A stretch of 64,000 bases of DNA from Pseudomonadota bacterium. GTDB lineage: Bacteria > Myxococcota_A > Polyangia > GCA-2747355. The stretch spans positions 1,144,067 to 1,208,066 of the forward strand of contig JADJTL010000001.1 of assembly GCA_016711215.1 (NCBI GenBank), given 5' to 3'. Positions 29,056 through 37,630 of this stretch are shown here, in pieces. Below the pieces are notes generated by a model. The model saw only the letters and a program-made list of their open reading frames with translations. It had not been told where the DNA came from and searched no databases. Positions within the stretch are counted from its first letter, which is position 1, and each line of letters starts with the position of its first letter. The translations under genes and the position numbers were made by a program.

Positions 29056-30459
29056 TCAAGGCATCGCCACCGAGGGCCCGCAGGGTGGGCGTTGGTCCTG
29101 GCGACAGAAGGGCAGCGTGCGGCAGACCGCGCTGCTCGCCGCGGCGGCGGTGCAACGTAGCATCATGCGGCTCGCCGGGTAGTCGAGATCAGTCTCGAAA
29201 AAGGACAGCCACTCGCCGCCCAGCACGATGTCGAGATCGGGAACGCGAGGCCGCAGCTCCTGGCGCAGACCCTGGAGCAGCGGCGAGCGATCGTCGACGA
29301 TCGCGAAGGCGATCGGGGCGCCGACCCAGGCCACCGCCGCGCCTCGTTCGTCGCGATCCTGCGCCGCATCGAGCGCAAAGCGGTCGAGACGCAGCAGGCG
29401 CCAGCGCCGCGCGAGCTCGCCGCAGGGGCCAAAGTTACGCCGCGGGTCGTCGAGCGTGCGGGTCATGTCGGCCACCAGGGCGGCACGCGGAATCGACACC
29501 AGCGAGACGATCTCGCTGCCGGTTGGCAGATAGAGCGTGTGCCCGGGCGCTTCCTGCAGCTCGGGATGGCGCGCCTGGAGCTGCTCGAAGGCCGAGCGAG
29601 CGATCAGCGGAGTGCCCACCCCCGAGGCCACGATCGCCACCGCGTCGAGACCGCTGGCCGCGGTCGGTGGTGCGGCGTCACCGGTGGGATCGTAGTCGTC
29701 GGGCAGCAGGCAGAGCGGCGCGATCACGCGGCGGCCGGGGAGCACCGTGCTCTCGCCGGCGATCGAGGCGCGCCCGCCGCCGCGCAGCCCGCCGGCGAAG
29801 ACGGCCGCGCAGCGCTCACTGCGCAGGCCGTCGGCGGTGACAAGGCGCGTGACGTCGCAATCGGCTGCCAGCTGGTCGTTGCTGCCCGCCAACTCGGAGC
29901 GCAACGTCAGCGCGCGGGGCGCGGCCGTGGCGCTGCCTCCGTCTGCTACCCCCAGGTAGTTGAGCGTGACGGCGAAATGCGCGAGGACGTCGACGCCGAG
30001 CAGCAGGTCGACGGCCAGCGGCGCATCAAGACCAATCGGACCGGCGCTGGCCTCGAGCAGCTCGAGGTCGTGAAAGACGAAGCGCGTGACGGTTGGACGC
30101 AGCGCATCGAGCAGGCGCAGCGCCACGCGCCGGCGACGACTGCGGAAACCCTCGCTCTGCCTGAGTAAGGTCAGCGACGCGGCGTTGTCGACGACCGCGC
30201 GCAGCGGGGGACCGTCGTCGACGCGCACCCGCGCGACGAGCACGCCCTGTTCGAGGGTGGCCGGAATCGGCTCGCCAAGAAAGCCCTCGTAGCGCAGCTC
30301 ACCGCAGCCGCCGAGGCCCAGCGCGAGCAGCACTGCGCATGCTGCGCATGCCGCGCATGCTGCGCACGCTGCGGAGCGTCGCCCTGGTCGGCCAGCGCCT
30401 TGAGGCGCTCTAGGCCGGGTCCTTGAGCTTGCTCCGCAGCTTCTCGACGAGTGCGCCAT
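29056..30459 (-). CDS. Hypothetical lipoprotein (start uncertain)
   Basis: Lipobox-like LLALGLGGC; N-terminal region encoded by a 9-bp GCATGC-type repeat; the tracked N-terminus overlaps the MlaC-like gene; no known catalytic motif. Confidence 0.45.
   Translation of the reverse strand: MAHSSRSCGASSRTRPRAPQGAGRPGRRSAACAACAACAACAVLLALGLGGCGELRYEGFLGEPIPATLEQGVLVARVRVDDGPPLRAVVDNAASLTLLRQSEGFRSRRRRVALRLLDALRPTVTRFVFHDLELLEASAGPIGLDAPLAVDLLLGVDVLAHFAVTLNYLGVADGGSATAAPRALTLRSELAGSNDQLAADCDVTRLVTADGLRSERCAAVFAGGLRGGGRASIAGESTVLPGRRVIAPLCLLPDDYDPTGDAAPPTAASGLDAVAIVASGVGTPLIARSAFEQLQARHPELQEAPGHTLYLPTGSEIVSLVSIPRAALVADMTRTLDDPRRNFGPCGELARRWRLLRLDRFALDAAQDRDERGAAVAWVGAPIAFAIVDDRSPLLQGLRQELRPRVPDLDIVLGGEWLSFFETDLDYPASRMMLRCTAAAASSAVCRTLPFCRQDQRPPCGPSVAMP
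30335..30375. repeat. Tandem 9-bp repeat (ATGCGCAGC-type, about 4 copies) at the 5' end of the lipoprotein gene
   Basis: Direct reading: gcgcatgctgcgcatgccgcgcatgctgcgcacgctgcgg; encodes AACAACAACAACA in one frame and MRSMRGMRSMRS in another. Confidence 0.8.
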
Positions 30460-31027
30460 ACGACTGCCGCTGGATGATGCGGTTGAACTGCGAGCGGTAG
30501 TTGCGGACCACGCTGACGTCGTCGGTGATGACATCGTAGACCATCCAGCCATCGGTGCCTTGGCGCATCTTGTACTGGATCTGCAGCGCTTCGCTACGCC
30601 CCTTGCGCTTGACGTCGATCGCCGTGGTGATCGCGGCCTTGTCGCCGACGATCTCCTCTCCGAGGTAGCGGACGGCGTAGTTCAGATTCGAGCGCAGCTG
30701 CTTGAGGTAGTTGCGTTCGATCAGCTGGCGCAGCAGCTCGCTGAACTCCTGACGCTCGGCGTTGGTGCGCTTCTCCCAGTGTCGGCCGAGGGCCAGCCGC
30801 GCGAGCTCGGGGAAATCGAGGAACTGCGCGACGACGCGAGTCAGCTCGCGATCGATCGGCTTGGGGGCGCGGCCGCGCGTCTGTTTGCGCAGCAGCATCG
30901 CGATCTGGTCGTTGGTGCGCCTTACCTTGATCAGCGGCCCGTCGGTGCGCGCGGCCGCCGCGTGCCCCGTGACGCCGATCAACGAGAGCGCTGCCAGCAA
31001 GATCAGCGGATGCCGGGCGTGGCGCAT
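30410..31027 (-). CDS. MlaC/Ttg2D-family periplasmic lipid-binding protein
   Basis: Signal peptide LILLAALSLIGVTGHA; overall MlaC-like pattern (FDFPELARLALGRHW, YLKQLRSNL, GWMVYDVITDDVS). Confidence 0.65.
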   Translation of the reverse strand: MRHARHPLILLAALSLIGVTGHAAAARTDGPLIKVRRTNDQIAMLLRKQTRGRAPKPIDRELTRVVAQFLDFPELARLALGRHWEKRTNAERQEFSELLRQLIERNYLKQLRSNLNYAVRYLGEEIVGDKAAITTAIDVKRKGRSEALQIQYKMRQGTDGWMVYDVITDDVSVVRNYRSQFNRIIQRQSYGALVEKLRSKLKDPA

Positions 31028-31179
31028 CGTTGGCCCCCTTCGTGTGGTGTGCATAGTCTAGTTCATACACGAGGGGTGGCGACTCAACAACGTGTGGCGG
31101 CGGGATTTCCCGCCAGCTGCTCAGCGCGCGAAGCGAGACAGGAAGGCGATGCGCGCGACCATGTGCCTCGGCGCGGCGC

Positions 31180-32643
31180 CTAGCGGGCGGCGCTGGGCGC
31201 GGGGGTCCGAACCAGGGTGCGTTGCAGCTCGGCGGTCGCCAGGCCGACCTTGCGGGCCAGCTCGGACCAGCCCACGTTGACGTCGAAGCTGGACTGAAGG
31301 GAGGTCAGCCGCAGGCGGAAATACGCGACGAGGGCGTCGGTCAGCTCCTTGGGCTCGGCCAGGCCGGCGCTGAGGTTCTGCGAGGTGGCGACCAGCCAGC
31401 TCCGCGCGCTGCGCGTTCCACGCTCGGCGACGACAAGGCGCTGCTGAGCCTCCTGCAGCTCGAGGTAGGCTTTTTCGAGCTCGAGCGTCATAGCGCTCAA
31501 TGCCGCTTGTCGCTGCGCCGCCAGGCGGCGCGCGTCGGCCAGCGCCTCGCGCAGGCGGCCCACCTGTTGCACAGTGTCGAGCTGCCAGTGCAGGGCGAGC
31601 CCGAGCGCCGCGCTGCTGAAGTTGAAGGGGTTGTTGAAGAAGGCGTTCTGCGGGAAATCGACGTTGGTTGCGCGGCCGATCCCGGCTCGGCCGACGAGGA
31701 GCAGATCCGGCCAGAGGCGCGCGCGCTCGAGGGCGCTACGGGCAGCCACCGCGCGCAGCGCCGCCTCGAGCAGGTGCAGCTCCGGTCGCTCGTGCATGGC
31801 CGCGCGCTGGTAGTCGGCGCTGTAAAGCAGCTCGGCGCTCGAGGCCTCGAGGGGGAGGGCATCAAGCGTGAGCTGATCGGCGCGGAGGCCCGTCAGCGCG
31901 GTCAGTGAGCGCAGGGCGAGCTGCTCCAGCTTCTGCGCCTCCAGGGTGCGGGTATCAATCTCGACGGTGTAGGTCTTGAGTCGCAGCTCATCGGTGACGG
32001 TGGCGTCGCCGGAATCGTCCTCGAGCTGTTGGGCGATGCGGGCACTGGCCTTGTCGAGGTGCTCGCGCCCTTCGTGAATCATCTCCAAGATCGCGCGGGC
32101 CAGCTTGGCTCCCCAGTAGGCCTTGGTGACGTTGAGCTCGAGGTCCCGCCGCGCTGCCACCAGGCGGGCCTGCTCCGCCGCGACGCCAGCGTGGGCCGCG
32201 TGGCTCAACGCTGAGAGCTTGCCAAAGGTGTAGAGCGGCATCCCGAGCTCGACCTGCGCCCGCCCGAACACGCCGTTGAGATTGAAGGCGATCTGTTTGA
32301 TGTTGGTGCGCACGCAGCTCTGCTCGTCGGGATTGCCCGCGGCGTCAAAACAGCGGATCTCGGGCGTTGGCGCGAAGAGCGCGTTGAACTCGCCGCGTGG
32401 CGCCCAAGCCCAGCGCGCCTGAAAGAGCTTCTGCTCCATCGCCGTCACCGCATGCTCGGCCGCCTCGATGCCGGGATAGTGGCTTTGGGCGCGGGCGATC
32501 AGCGCGGCGAGCGCATAGCCTGCGCCAGGGGACGGGGCCGGCTGGGCGGCGAGGGGGCCGCCAAGGGCAAGCGCGGTGAGCAGTATGGCGGAGCCAAAAG
32601 CGATCGACGAGCGGCGCGGCATGCTGAACTCCGGCGCGGGCAT
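31180..32643 (-). CDS. TolC-family outer-membrane efflux protein
   Basis: ORF track 487 aa; signal peptide; two-repeat coiled-coil/beta-barrel architecture typical of outer membrane factor. Confidence 0.75.
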   Translation of the reverse strand: MPAPEFSMPRRSSIAFGSAILLTALALGGPLAAQPAPSPGAGYALAALIARAQSHYPGIEAAEHAVTAMEQKLFQARWAWAPRGEFNALFAPTPEIRCFDAAGNPDEQSCVRTNIKQIAFNLNGVFGRAQVELGMPLYTFGKLSALSHAAHAGVAAEQARLVAARRDLELNVTKAYWGAKLARAILEMIHEGREHLDKASARIAQQLEDDSGDATVTDELRLKTYTVEIDTRTLEAQKLEQLALRSLTALTGLRADQLTLDALPLEASSAELLYSADYQRAAMHERPELHLLEAALRAVAARSALERARLWPDLLLVGRAGIGRATNVDFPQNAFFNNPFNFSSAALGLALHWQLDTVQQVGRLREALADARRLAAQRQAALSAMTLELEKAYLELQEAQQRLVVAERGTRSARSWLVATSQNLSAGLAEPKELTDALVAYFRLRLTSLQSSFDVNVGWSELARKVGLATAELQRTLVRTPAPSAAR

Positions 32644-32785
32644 GCCCCGATGGGCGGGTTAAGGTGGCTTGTAGCGCGGCCGACACGCGGGCAGCAAGGG
32701 GCGGGCCGGCACCTCTTCGGGCCGGCACCCTTGGCTGCCGGCTGACGCGCTTGCGGCGCCTGGGTCGCGCTGCTATGACGCGCCG

Positions 32786-33010
32786 ATGTCGGCAAGCTTC
32801 CATGAGTACCTTGAACTCTTCGACTACTTCGGTCGTGGGGGAATGGTGCGGCTCAACCGCGGGGAGTTCGAGGCACGGACGGCGGAGCTTGAGGGGCTAT
32901 TGCGGCAGCAGGAGCCTTTCAGCGACGAGCAGCTGGCCCGCCTCGTCGCGCTGCGGGCGGCGCTCTTCCACGAGCGCCCGAAGCTCGAGCAGCTCGTACG
33001 GGGCCGCTGA
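32786..33010 (+). CDS. Small hypothetical protein (74 aa), possibly translationally coupled to ygfZ
   Basis: ORF track; genome-typical GC3; its stop TGA is followed 1 nt later by a GTG in the ygfZ frame. Confidence 0.35.
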   Translation: MSASFHEYLELFDYFGRGGMVRLNRGEFEARTAELEGLLRQQEPFSDEQLARLVALRAALFHERPKLEQLVRGR

Positions 33011-33011
33011 G

Positions 33012-34103
33012 GTGGCGCCGCGCGACGAAGCGGGGCCGCGCGAGCCCGGCAATCCGGCGGCTGGGCGCCCGGCTGCTGGCGTTGCGCTGCAAGCCCAGTT
33101 GGCGGCGCTGCGCCAGGGCCTCGTGAGCTGTAGGCGCGAGGATCTCGGCCGGGTCGAGGTCAGCGGCCCGGGCGCGCGGGCCTTCCTGCAGCGCCTCGTG
33201 ACCGCGGACCTGCGCGCGCTTGCGCCGGGCGACGCGGTGCCCGCCGCGCTGCTGACGCCGAAGGCGCAGGTCGTCGCCTTGCTCCGCGTGATCGTCCGCG
33301 GCGAGGAGGCGCTGAGCTGCGTCGTCGATCGCGCGCTGGTGCCGACGGTCTTGGCGCTGCTCGACCGCTACAGCATCGGCCACGCCGTCAACCTCGAGGC
33401 CTCCGCCGGCGAGGTGGTCGGGCTCTACGGTCCCGGGCTCCGTGCTTGCACCGCGCTCGGCGCGGCGGCAGCGCTCGCGCCCTACGCGCAGGCGACGTTG
33501 GTGGCGGGCGGCGCATGCTGGCTCGCCCTGGGTGATGATGAGCTCGGCGGTGCCGGGCTGCTCTTGTTCGGGCCTGCGGACAGCCACGCGGGAGCGGCGC
33601 TCAGCGAGTGGCTGCGGCCCGCGCCGGTGCTGGCGCTGGAGCCGGCCGCGTTTGAGGTCGCGCGGCTCGAGGCCGGCGCGCCGCGAATGGGCGTCGACGT
33701 CGACGCTGAGACGATGCTGCTCGAGGCCGGGCAGCTCAGCGCCGTGAGCTTCGAGAAGGGCTGCTATCCGGGACAGGAGCCGGTCTGTCGCGTGCATAGC
33801 CGTGGCCAGGTGAACTGGCGGCTCTTGGCCCTCCGGGCGGCGGCGGACCGCCTGCCCGCGGCGGGTGAGACGCTGCGGCACAGGGCCCTTGCCGAGGCGG
33901 GCCGCATCACCTCGGCGGCCTACTCGCCGACGCTCGACGCCATCGTGGCCCTGGGCTACGTGCACCGCCGCGCGCTCGAGAACCCCGGAGCGCTGGAGCT
34001 GGCCGGTGGTGGCCGCGCGGAGGTCGTCGCGCTGCCGCGCGTCCCCGGCTTGCTCGTCCCGCTCAGCGCTCCGCGCTACGGGGAGGGCGCGGCAGCGCGC
34101 TGA
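33012..34103 (+). CDS. ygfZ: YgfZ/GcvT-family folate-binding protein
   Basis: Signature KGCYPGQE; GcvT-like fold pattern; tracked ORF N-terminally over-extended, start inferred at GTG. Confidence 0.7.
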   Translation: MAPRDEAGPREPGNPAAGRPAAGVALQAQLAALRQGLVSCRREDLGRVEVSGPGARAFLQRLVTADLRALAPGDAVPAALLTPKAQVVALLRVIVRGEEALSCVVDRALVPTVLALLDRYSIGHAVNLEASAGEVVGLYGPGLRACTALGAAAALAPYAQATLVAGGACWLALGDDELGGAGLLLFGPADSHAGAALSEWLRPAPVLALEPAAFEVARLEAGAPRMGVDVDAETMLLEAGQLSAVSFEKGCYPGQEPVCRVHSRGQVNWRLLALRAAADRLPAAGETLRHRALAEAGRITSAAYSPTLDAIVALGYVHRRALENPGALELAGGGRAEVVALPRVPGLLVPLSAPRYGEGAAAR

Positions 34104-34187
34104 TCGCGCAGGGCCTGCGACGCCCTCGCGGTGGACAGCGCGCCGCGGGCGATGGTAAGCGACCAGGACTTCAGTGGTGAGGGCGTG

Positions 34188-35291
34188 ATGGCTGAGCTCG
34201 AGCAGGTTCCGGCGGCGATGGCGATGGGCAAGGTCCTGGTGACCGGCGGCGCCGGGCACCTCGGGGCGAATCTGGTGCGGCGATTGTTGGCGGATGGAGT
34301 CGTCGTGCGAGCGCTCGTGCGGCGCGACAGCAACAACGCCGCGCTGCACGGCCTCGATGTCGAGTGGTGCTTTGGCGATCTGCGCGACGCCGAGGCCACC
34401 GCGCTGGCCGCGCGGGGCTGCACCCACGTCTACCACTGCGCGGCCAGTCTCTCGACGGTCTACGGCAGCGTGGACGCGGCGCGCGAAATCTATGAGAGCA
34501 ACGTCCTGGGCACGCGCAACCTGCTGCGGGCGGCGCGCCTCGCCGAGGTGGCGCGGGTGGTTGTGACCGGATCGTTCAGCGCCACGGGCTACGACCTCGA
34601 CGATCCGAGCCGTCCGGCCAATGAGACGATGCCCTTCTTCCCCTTTGCGCGACCACTGCCCTACGAGCAATCGAAGGCCCTCGCCGAGCACGAGGCGCTG
34701 AAGGCCTTTGCCGACGGCCTCGACGTCGTGGTGGCCACCTCTTGCGCGATTCTCGGCCCCCACGACCACAAGCCCTCGCGGATGGGGCAGGTGCTCTGCG
34801 ACTTCGCCCGCGGGCGCGTGCCGGCCTATATCCCGGGCGGCTTCGAGTTCGTCGCCGCGCGCGACATCGTGCAGGGTCATCTGCTGGCGATGGCGCGCGG
34901 ACGCGCCGGACAGAAGTACATCTTCGCCACGCGCTTCTGCACGATGGACGAGCTGATGGGTTGGTTCGAAGAGGTGACCGGGCGGCGGCGCCCGCGGCTG
35001 CGGCTGCCGCCGGCGCTGATGGCCGGCATCGCCGAGCTCGTGACCCCCGTGCTGGCGCGCCTACGCCCCGACGCTTCGCAGCGGCTGACGCCGGGCGCCG
35101 TGCGCATCCTGCGCATGCAACGGCACGCCGACTGCACGAAGGCGCGGCAGGAGCTGGGCTACGAGCCGACCGCGATCGTCGACGCGATTCGCGAGGCCTA
35201 TGACGACTTCGTGCGCCGAGGGCTGATCGATCGCCCGCGCAGGGCGGCCGGGGGGGAGTCCGAGGCCAGCGCGTCGGCCAGCGCGGGCTAG
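34188..35291 (+). CDS. NAD-dependent epimerase/dehydratase family protein (SDR)
   Basis: GKVLVTGGAGHLGANLVRRLL Rossmann motif; YxxxK-type active-site region (PYEQSKALAEH). Confidence 0.7.
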   Translation: MAELEQVPAAMAMGKVLVTGGAGHLGANLVRRLLADGVVVRALVRRDSNNAALHGLDVEWCFGDLRDAEATALAARGCTHVYHCAASLSTVYGSVDAAREIYESNVLGTRNLLRAARLAEVARVVVTGSFSATGYDLDDPSRPANETMPFFPFARPLPYEQSKALAEHEALKAFADGLDVVVATSCAILGPHDHKPSRMGQVLCDFARGRVPAYIPGGFEFVAARDIVQGHLLAMARGRAGQKYIFATRFCTMDELMGWFEEVTGRRRPRLRLPPALMAGIAELVTPVLARLRPDASQRLTPGAVRILRMQRHADCTKARQELGYEPTAIVDAIREAYDDFVRRGLIDRPRRAAGGESEASASASAG

Positions 35292-35368
35292 CGCACGACA
35301 GGTCGGCGCCTCGACCGACGGTCGGCGCCGTGGCATGGTGTGAGCTGACGCGGCAGGAAGTAGCTCGG

Positions 35369-35854
35369 ATGAGTGCCTCGGTCCAGACCATCCACGACTT
35401 CTTCGAGCGCTACGGCTGGCAGTGTGACTTCGACGGTGCGACCGCGACCTGGGTCACGGGCTTTCGCGGCAAGACCGCGAACTTCAACATCATGGTCCAC
35501 CTGACGGAGAACTGGCTCTACTTCATCGTCAGCCCCTTCGCGAACGCGCCGCAGACCGTCGTTTGCGAACAGCGCCTCAGTCAGTATCTGCTGCGTCTCA
35601 ATCACACGATCAACCTGGCGAAGTTCAGCGTCGACGGCGAGGGCGACGTCGTGCTCACGGTGGAAATACCAACCGAGGGCCTGACCTATAGTCAGTTCCG
35701 CGATGGGCTCAACGCCGTCAGCTACTACGCTGACTGCCACTACCTCGATGTGATCAACCTGGCGCAAAGCGCGAGCTATGTGCCGGCGCCGGTCGCCGAC
35801 GAGAAGTGGTGGGCGAGCGAGGTCGAGGCCTTCGAGCTAGAGAAGCCCAACTGA
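35369..35854 (+). CDS. YbjN-domain protein (putative sensory-transduction regulator / chaperone-like)
   Basis: ORF track; YbjN-like pattern (ANFNIMVHLTENWLYFIVSPF). Confidence 0.5.
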   Translation: MSASVQTIHDFFERYGWQCDFDGATATWVTGFRGKTANFNIMVHLTENWLYFIVSPFANAPQTVVCEQRLSQYLLRLNHTINLAKFSVDGEGDVVLTVEIPTEGLTYSQFRDGLNAVSYYADCHYLDVINLAQSASYVPAPVADEKWWASEVEAFELEKPN

Positions 35855-35881
35855 GCGCGATCGCAGCAGCGCGCCCCACCG

Positions 35882-37552
35882 CTAGCGCCGCCAGGCTCGA
35901 TTGCGCGCCACGAGCTCGTGGTAGGCGACGACCTGGCGCGCGCGCTCGTCCGCGCTCCAGCCGAGCGCCTCGGCCAAAGCCTCCGCGACCGCTTCGCTGG
36001 CCGCCAGCCCCTGGTCGCTCGCTCGATAGAAGAGCTGGACGCGGCGCACCAGGACGTCGTCGAGGTTGAGCGCCAGCTCCTCGCGCGCGGCGTGCGCGAC
36101 TTCGGCCCAAATGAAGGGCAGGCCGCTGACGATGCGCCGCCCGAGCGCCGGCCGCTCGGCGACCCGGGCGACCAGGCGCGTCGCGACGACGCCATAGGTC
36201 GTCGCCAGGTGGTGCGCGAGGCGCTCGTCGCCGCCGAGTCCCTCGCGCAGCCCGGCAACGAGGCGCTGCAGCTCCGCCTCGCTGCGCAGGCCGCTGGCGC
36301 CCGGCAAGGGTCGATCGGCGGTGGTGCTCGGTCCGCGGGGCGGGCGGTCGGCGTCGAGCAACGGACGCGCTGCCTCGAGGGTCTCAGCGGCCAGGCGACG
36401 GTAGGTCGTCAGCTTCCCTCCGGCGACGACGATGATCCCGTCGGCGCGGATCGCGATGCGGTGTTCGCGCGAGACGGCGCTCGTATTGCCGTGCTCGGAC
36501 GTGGCCGACGCCAGCAGTGGACGCACGCCGCTCCAGCTGGCGAGGACGTCGTCGGCGCGCAGCCCGGCGTCCGGGAAGTAGTGGTTCGCCGCCGCCAGCA
36601 GGTATGCGACCTCCTCGGCCGCGGCCTGCGTGCCCGCGGCTGGCGCTTGGAGGTCGGTGTCGGTCGTGCCGACCACCGTATGCTCGAAGAAGGGAAGCAC
36701 GAAGAGCACGCGAGCGTCCCGCGGATGGTAGGCCACCAGCGCGCGCGGCACGCTGAGGCGATCGCCCCGCAGGACGATGTGCACGCCCTTTGTCGGCCGC
36801 AGCCAGGGATGGTGTTGCGGATCGACCAGCGTCAGCAGCTCGTCGGTTTGTGGGCCGGCGGCGAGGACCCAACAGCGCCCCCTGATCTGCAGCCGCGCGC
36901 CGCTGAGTTGATCGCGCAGGGCTGCCGTCGCAACCCGACCCTGAAGCGTCTCGAACGCCTCGAGCGCGCAGTAGCTGGCAGCGGCCGCACCGGCTTGCCG
37001 GGCGTCGAGCACGTTCTCCAGCACGAGGCGCGCATCGTCCGTCTGGCCATCGTAGTAGAGGACACCGCCGCGCAGCTCCTGCTGGCGTAGCCCTGGCAGC
37101 AGTCCGACCAGGCGCCTCGGGCCGAAGTATTGGTGGCGCGCGTGGCCTTGGAAGAGCGCCAGCGCGTCGTAGATCCAGAGCCCGAGCTCGACGAGCGCGG
37201 CCGGCCAGCGATCACCGCGATAGACCGGCGCGACGAAGGGCAGCGGTCGCACGAGATGGCGCGCGAGTCGGCTCAGCTGTCGGCGCTCCGCCAGGCTCTC
37301 GGCGACCAAGGCCAGCTCGCCATGCTCGAGGTAGCGCAGACCGCCGTGGATCAGCCGACTCGAGCGGCTGGAGGTGCCCGACGCCCAGTCGCGGCGCTCG
37401 ACGAGCGCGACGCGGTAACCGCGCAACGCAGCGTCGCGCGCGATCGCGGCGCCATTGATTCCGCCACCGACGACGACCAGGTCGAAGCACTCGGACGCCA
37501 AGCGCGCCAGCGTCGCACGTCGTTGATCGGGGGCCGAGGGTGGCTGCATCGT
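35882..37552 (-). CDS. glpD: FAD-dependent glycerol-3-phosphate dehydrogenase
   Basis: FAD motif DLVVVGGGINGAAIARDAALRG; C-terminal GlpD domain. Confidence 0.75.
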   Translation of the reverse strand, partial: TMQPPSAPDQRRATLARLASECFDLVVVGGGINGAAIARDAALRGYRVALVERRDWASGTSSRSSRLIHGGLRYLEHGELALVAESLAERRQLSRLARHLVRPLPFVAPVYRGDRWPAALVELGLWIYDALALFQGHARHQYFGPRRLVGLLPGLRQQELRGGVLYYDGQTDDARLVLENVLDARQAGAAAASYCALEAFETLQGRVATAALRDQLSGARLQIRGRCWVLAAGPQTDELLTLVDPQHHPWLRPTKGVHIVLRGDRLSVPRALVAYHPRDARVLFVLPFFEHTVVGTTDTDLQAPAAGTQAAAEEVAYLLAAANHYFPDAGLRADDVLASWSGVRPLLASATSEHGNTSAVSREHRIAIRADGIIVVAGGKLTTYRRLAAETLEAARPLLDADRPPRGPSTTADRPLPGASGLRSEAELQRLVAGLREGLGGDERLAHHLATTYGVVATRLVARVAERPALGRRIVSGLPFIWAEVAHAAREELALNLDDVLVRRVQLFYRASDQGLAASEAVAEALAEALGWSADERARQVVAYHELVARNRAWRR

Positions 37553-37630
37553 CGAATCGCGCCGGCGATGATAGCAGGGCACCCGCGCAAAAGGGGAGGT
37601 GCCCAGCGCGCGGCGCGGAGCCGCCGCCGA

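Noticed and set aside
24287-32643. Genomic island integrated at tRNA-Val
   Set aside because: No integrase, no direct repeat of the tRNA 3' end found by eye, and the adjacent genes have genome-typical GC; only the neighbouring 19-bp repeat is unusual.
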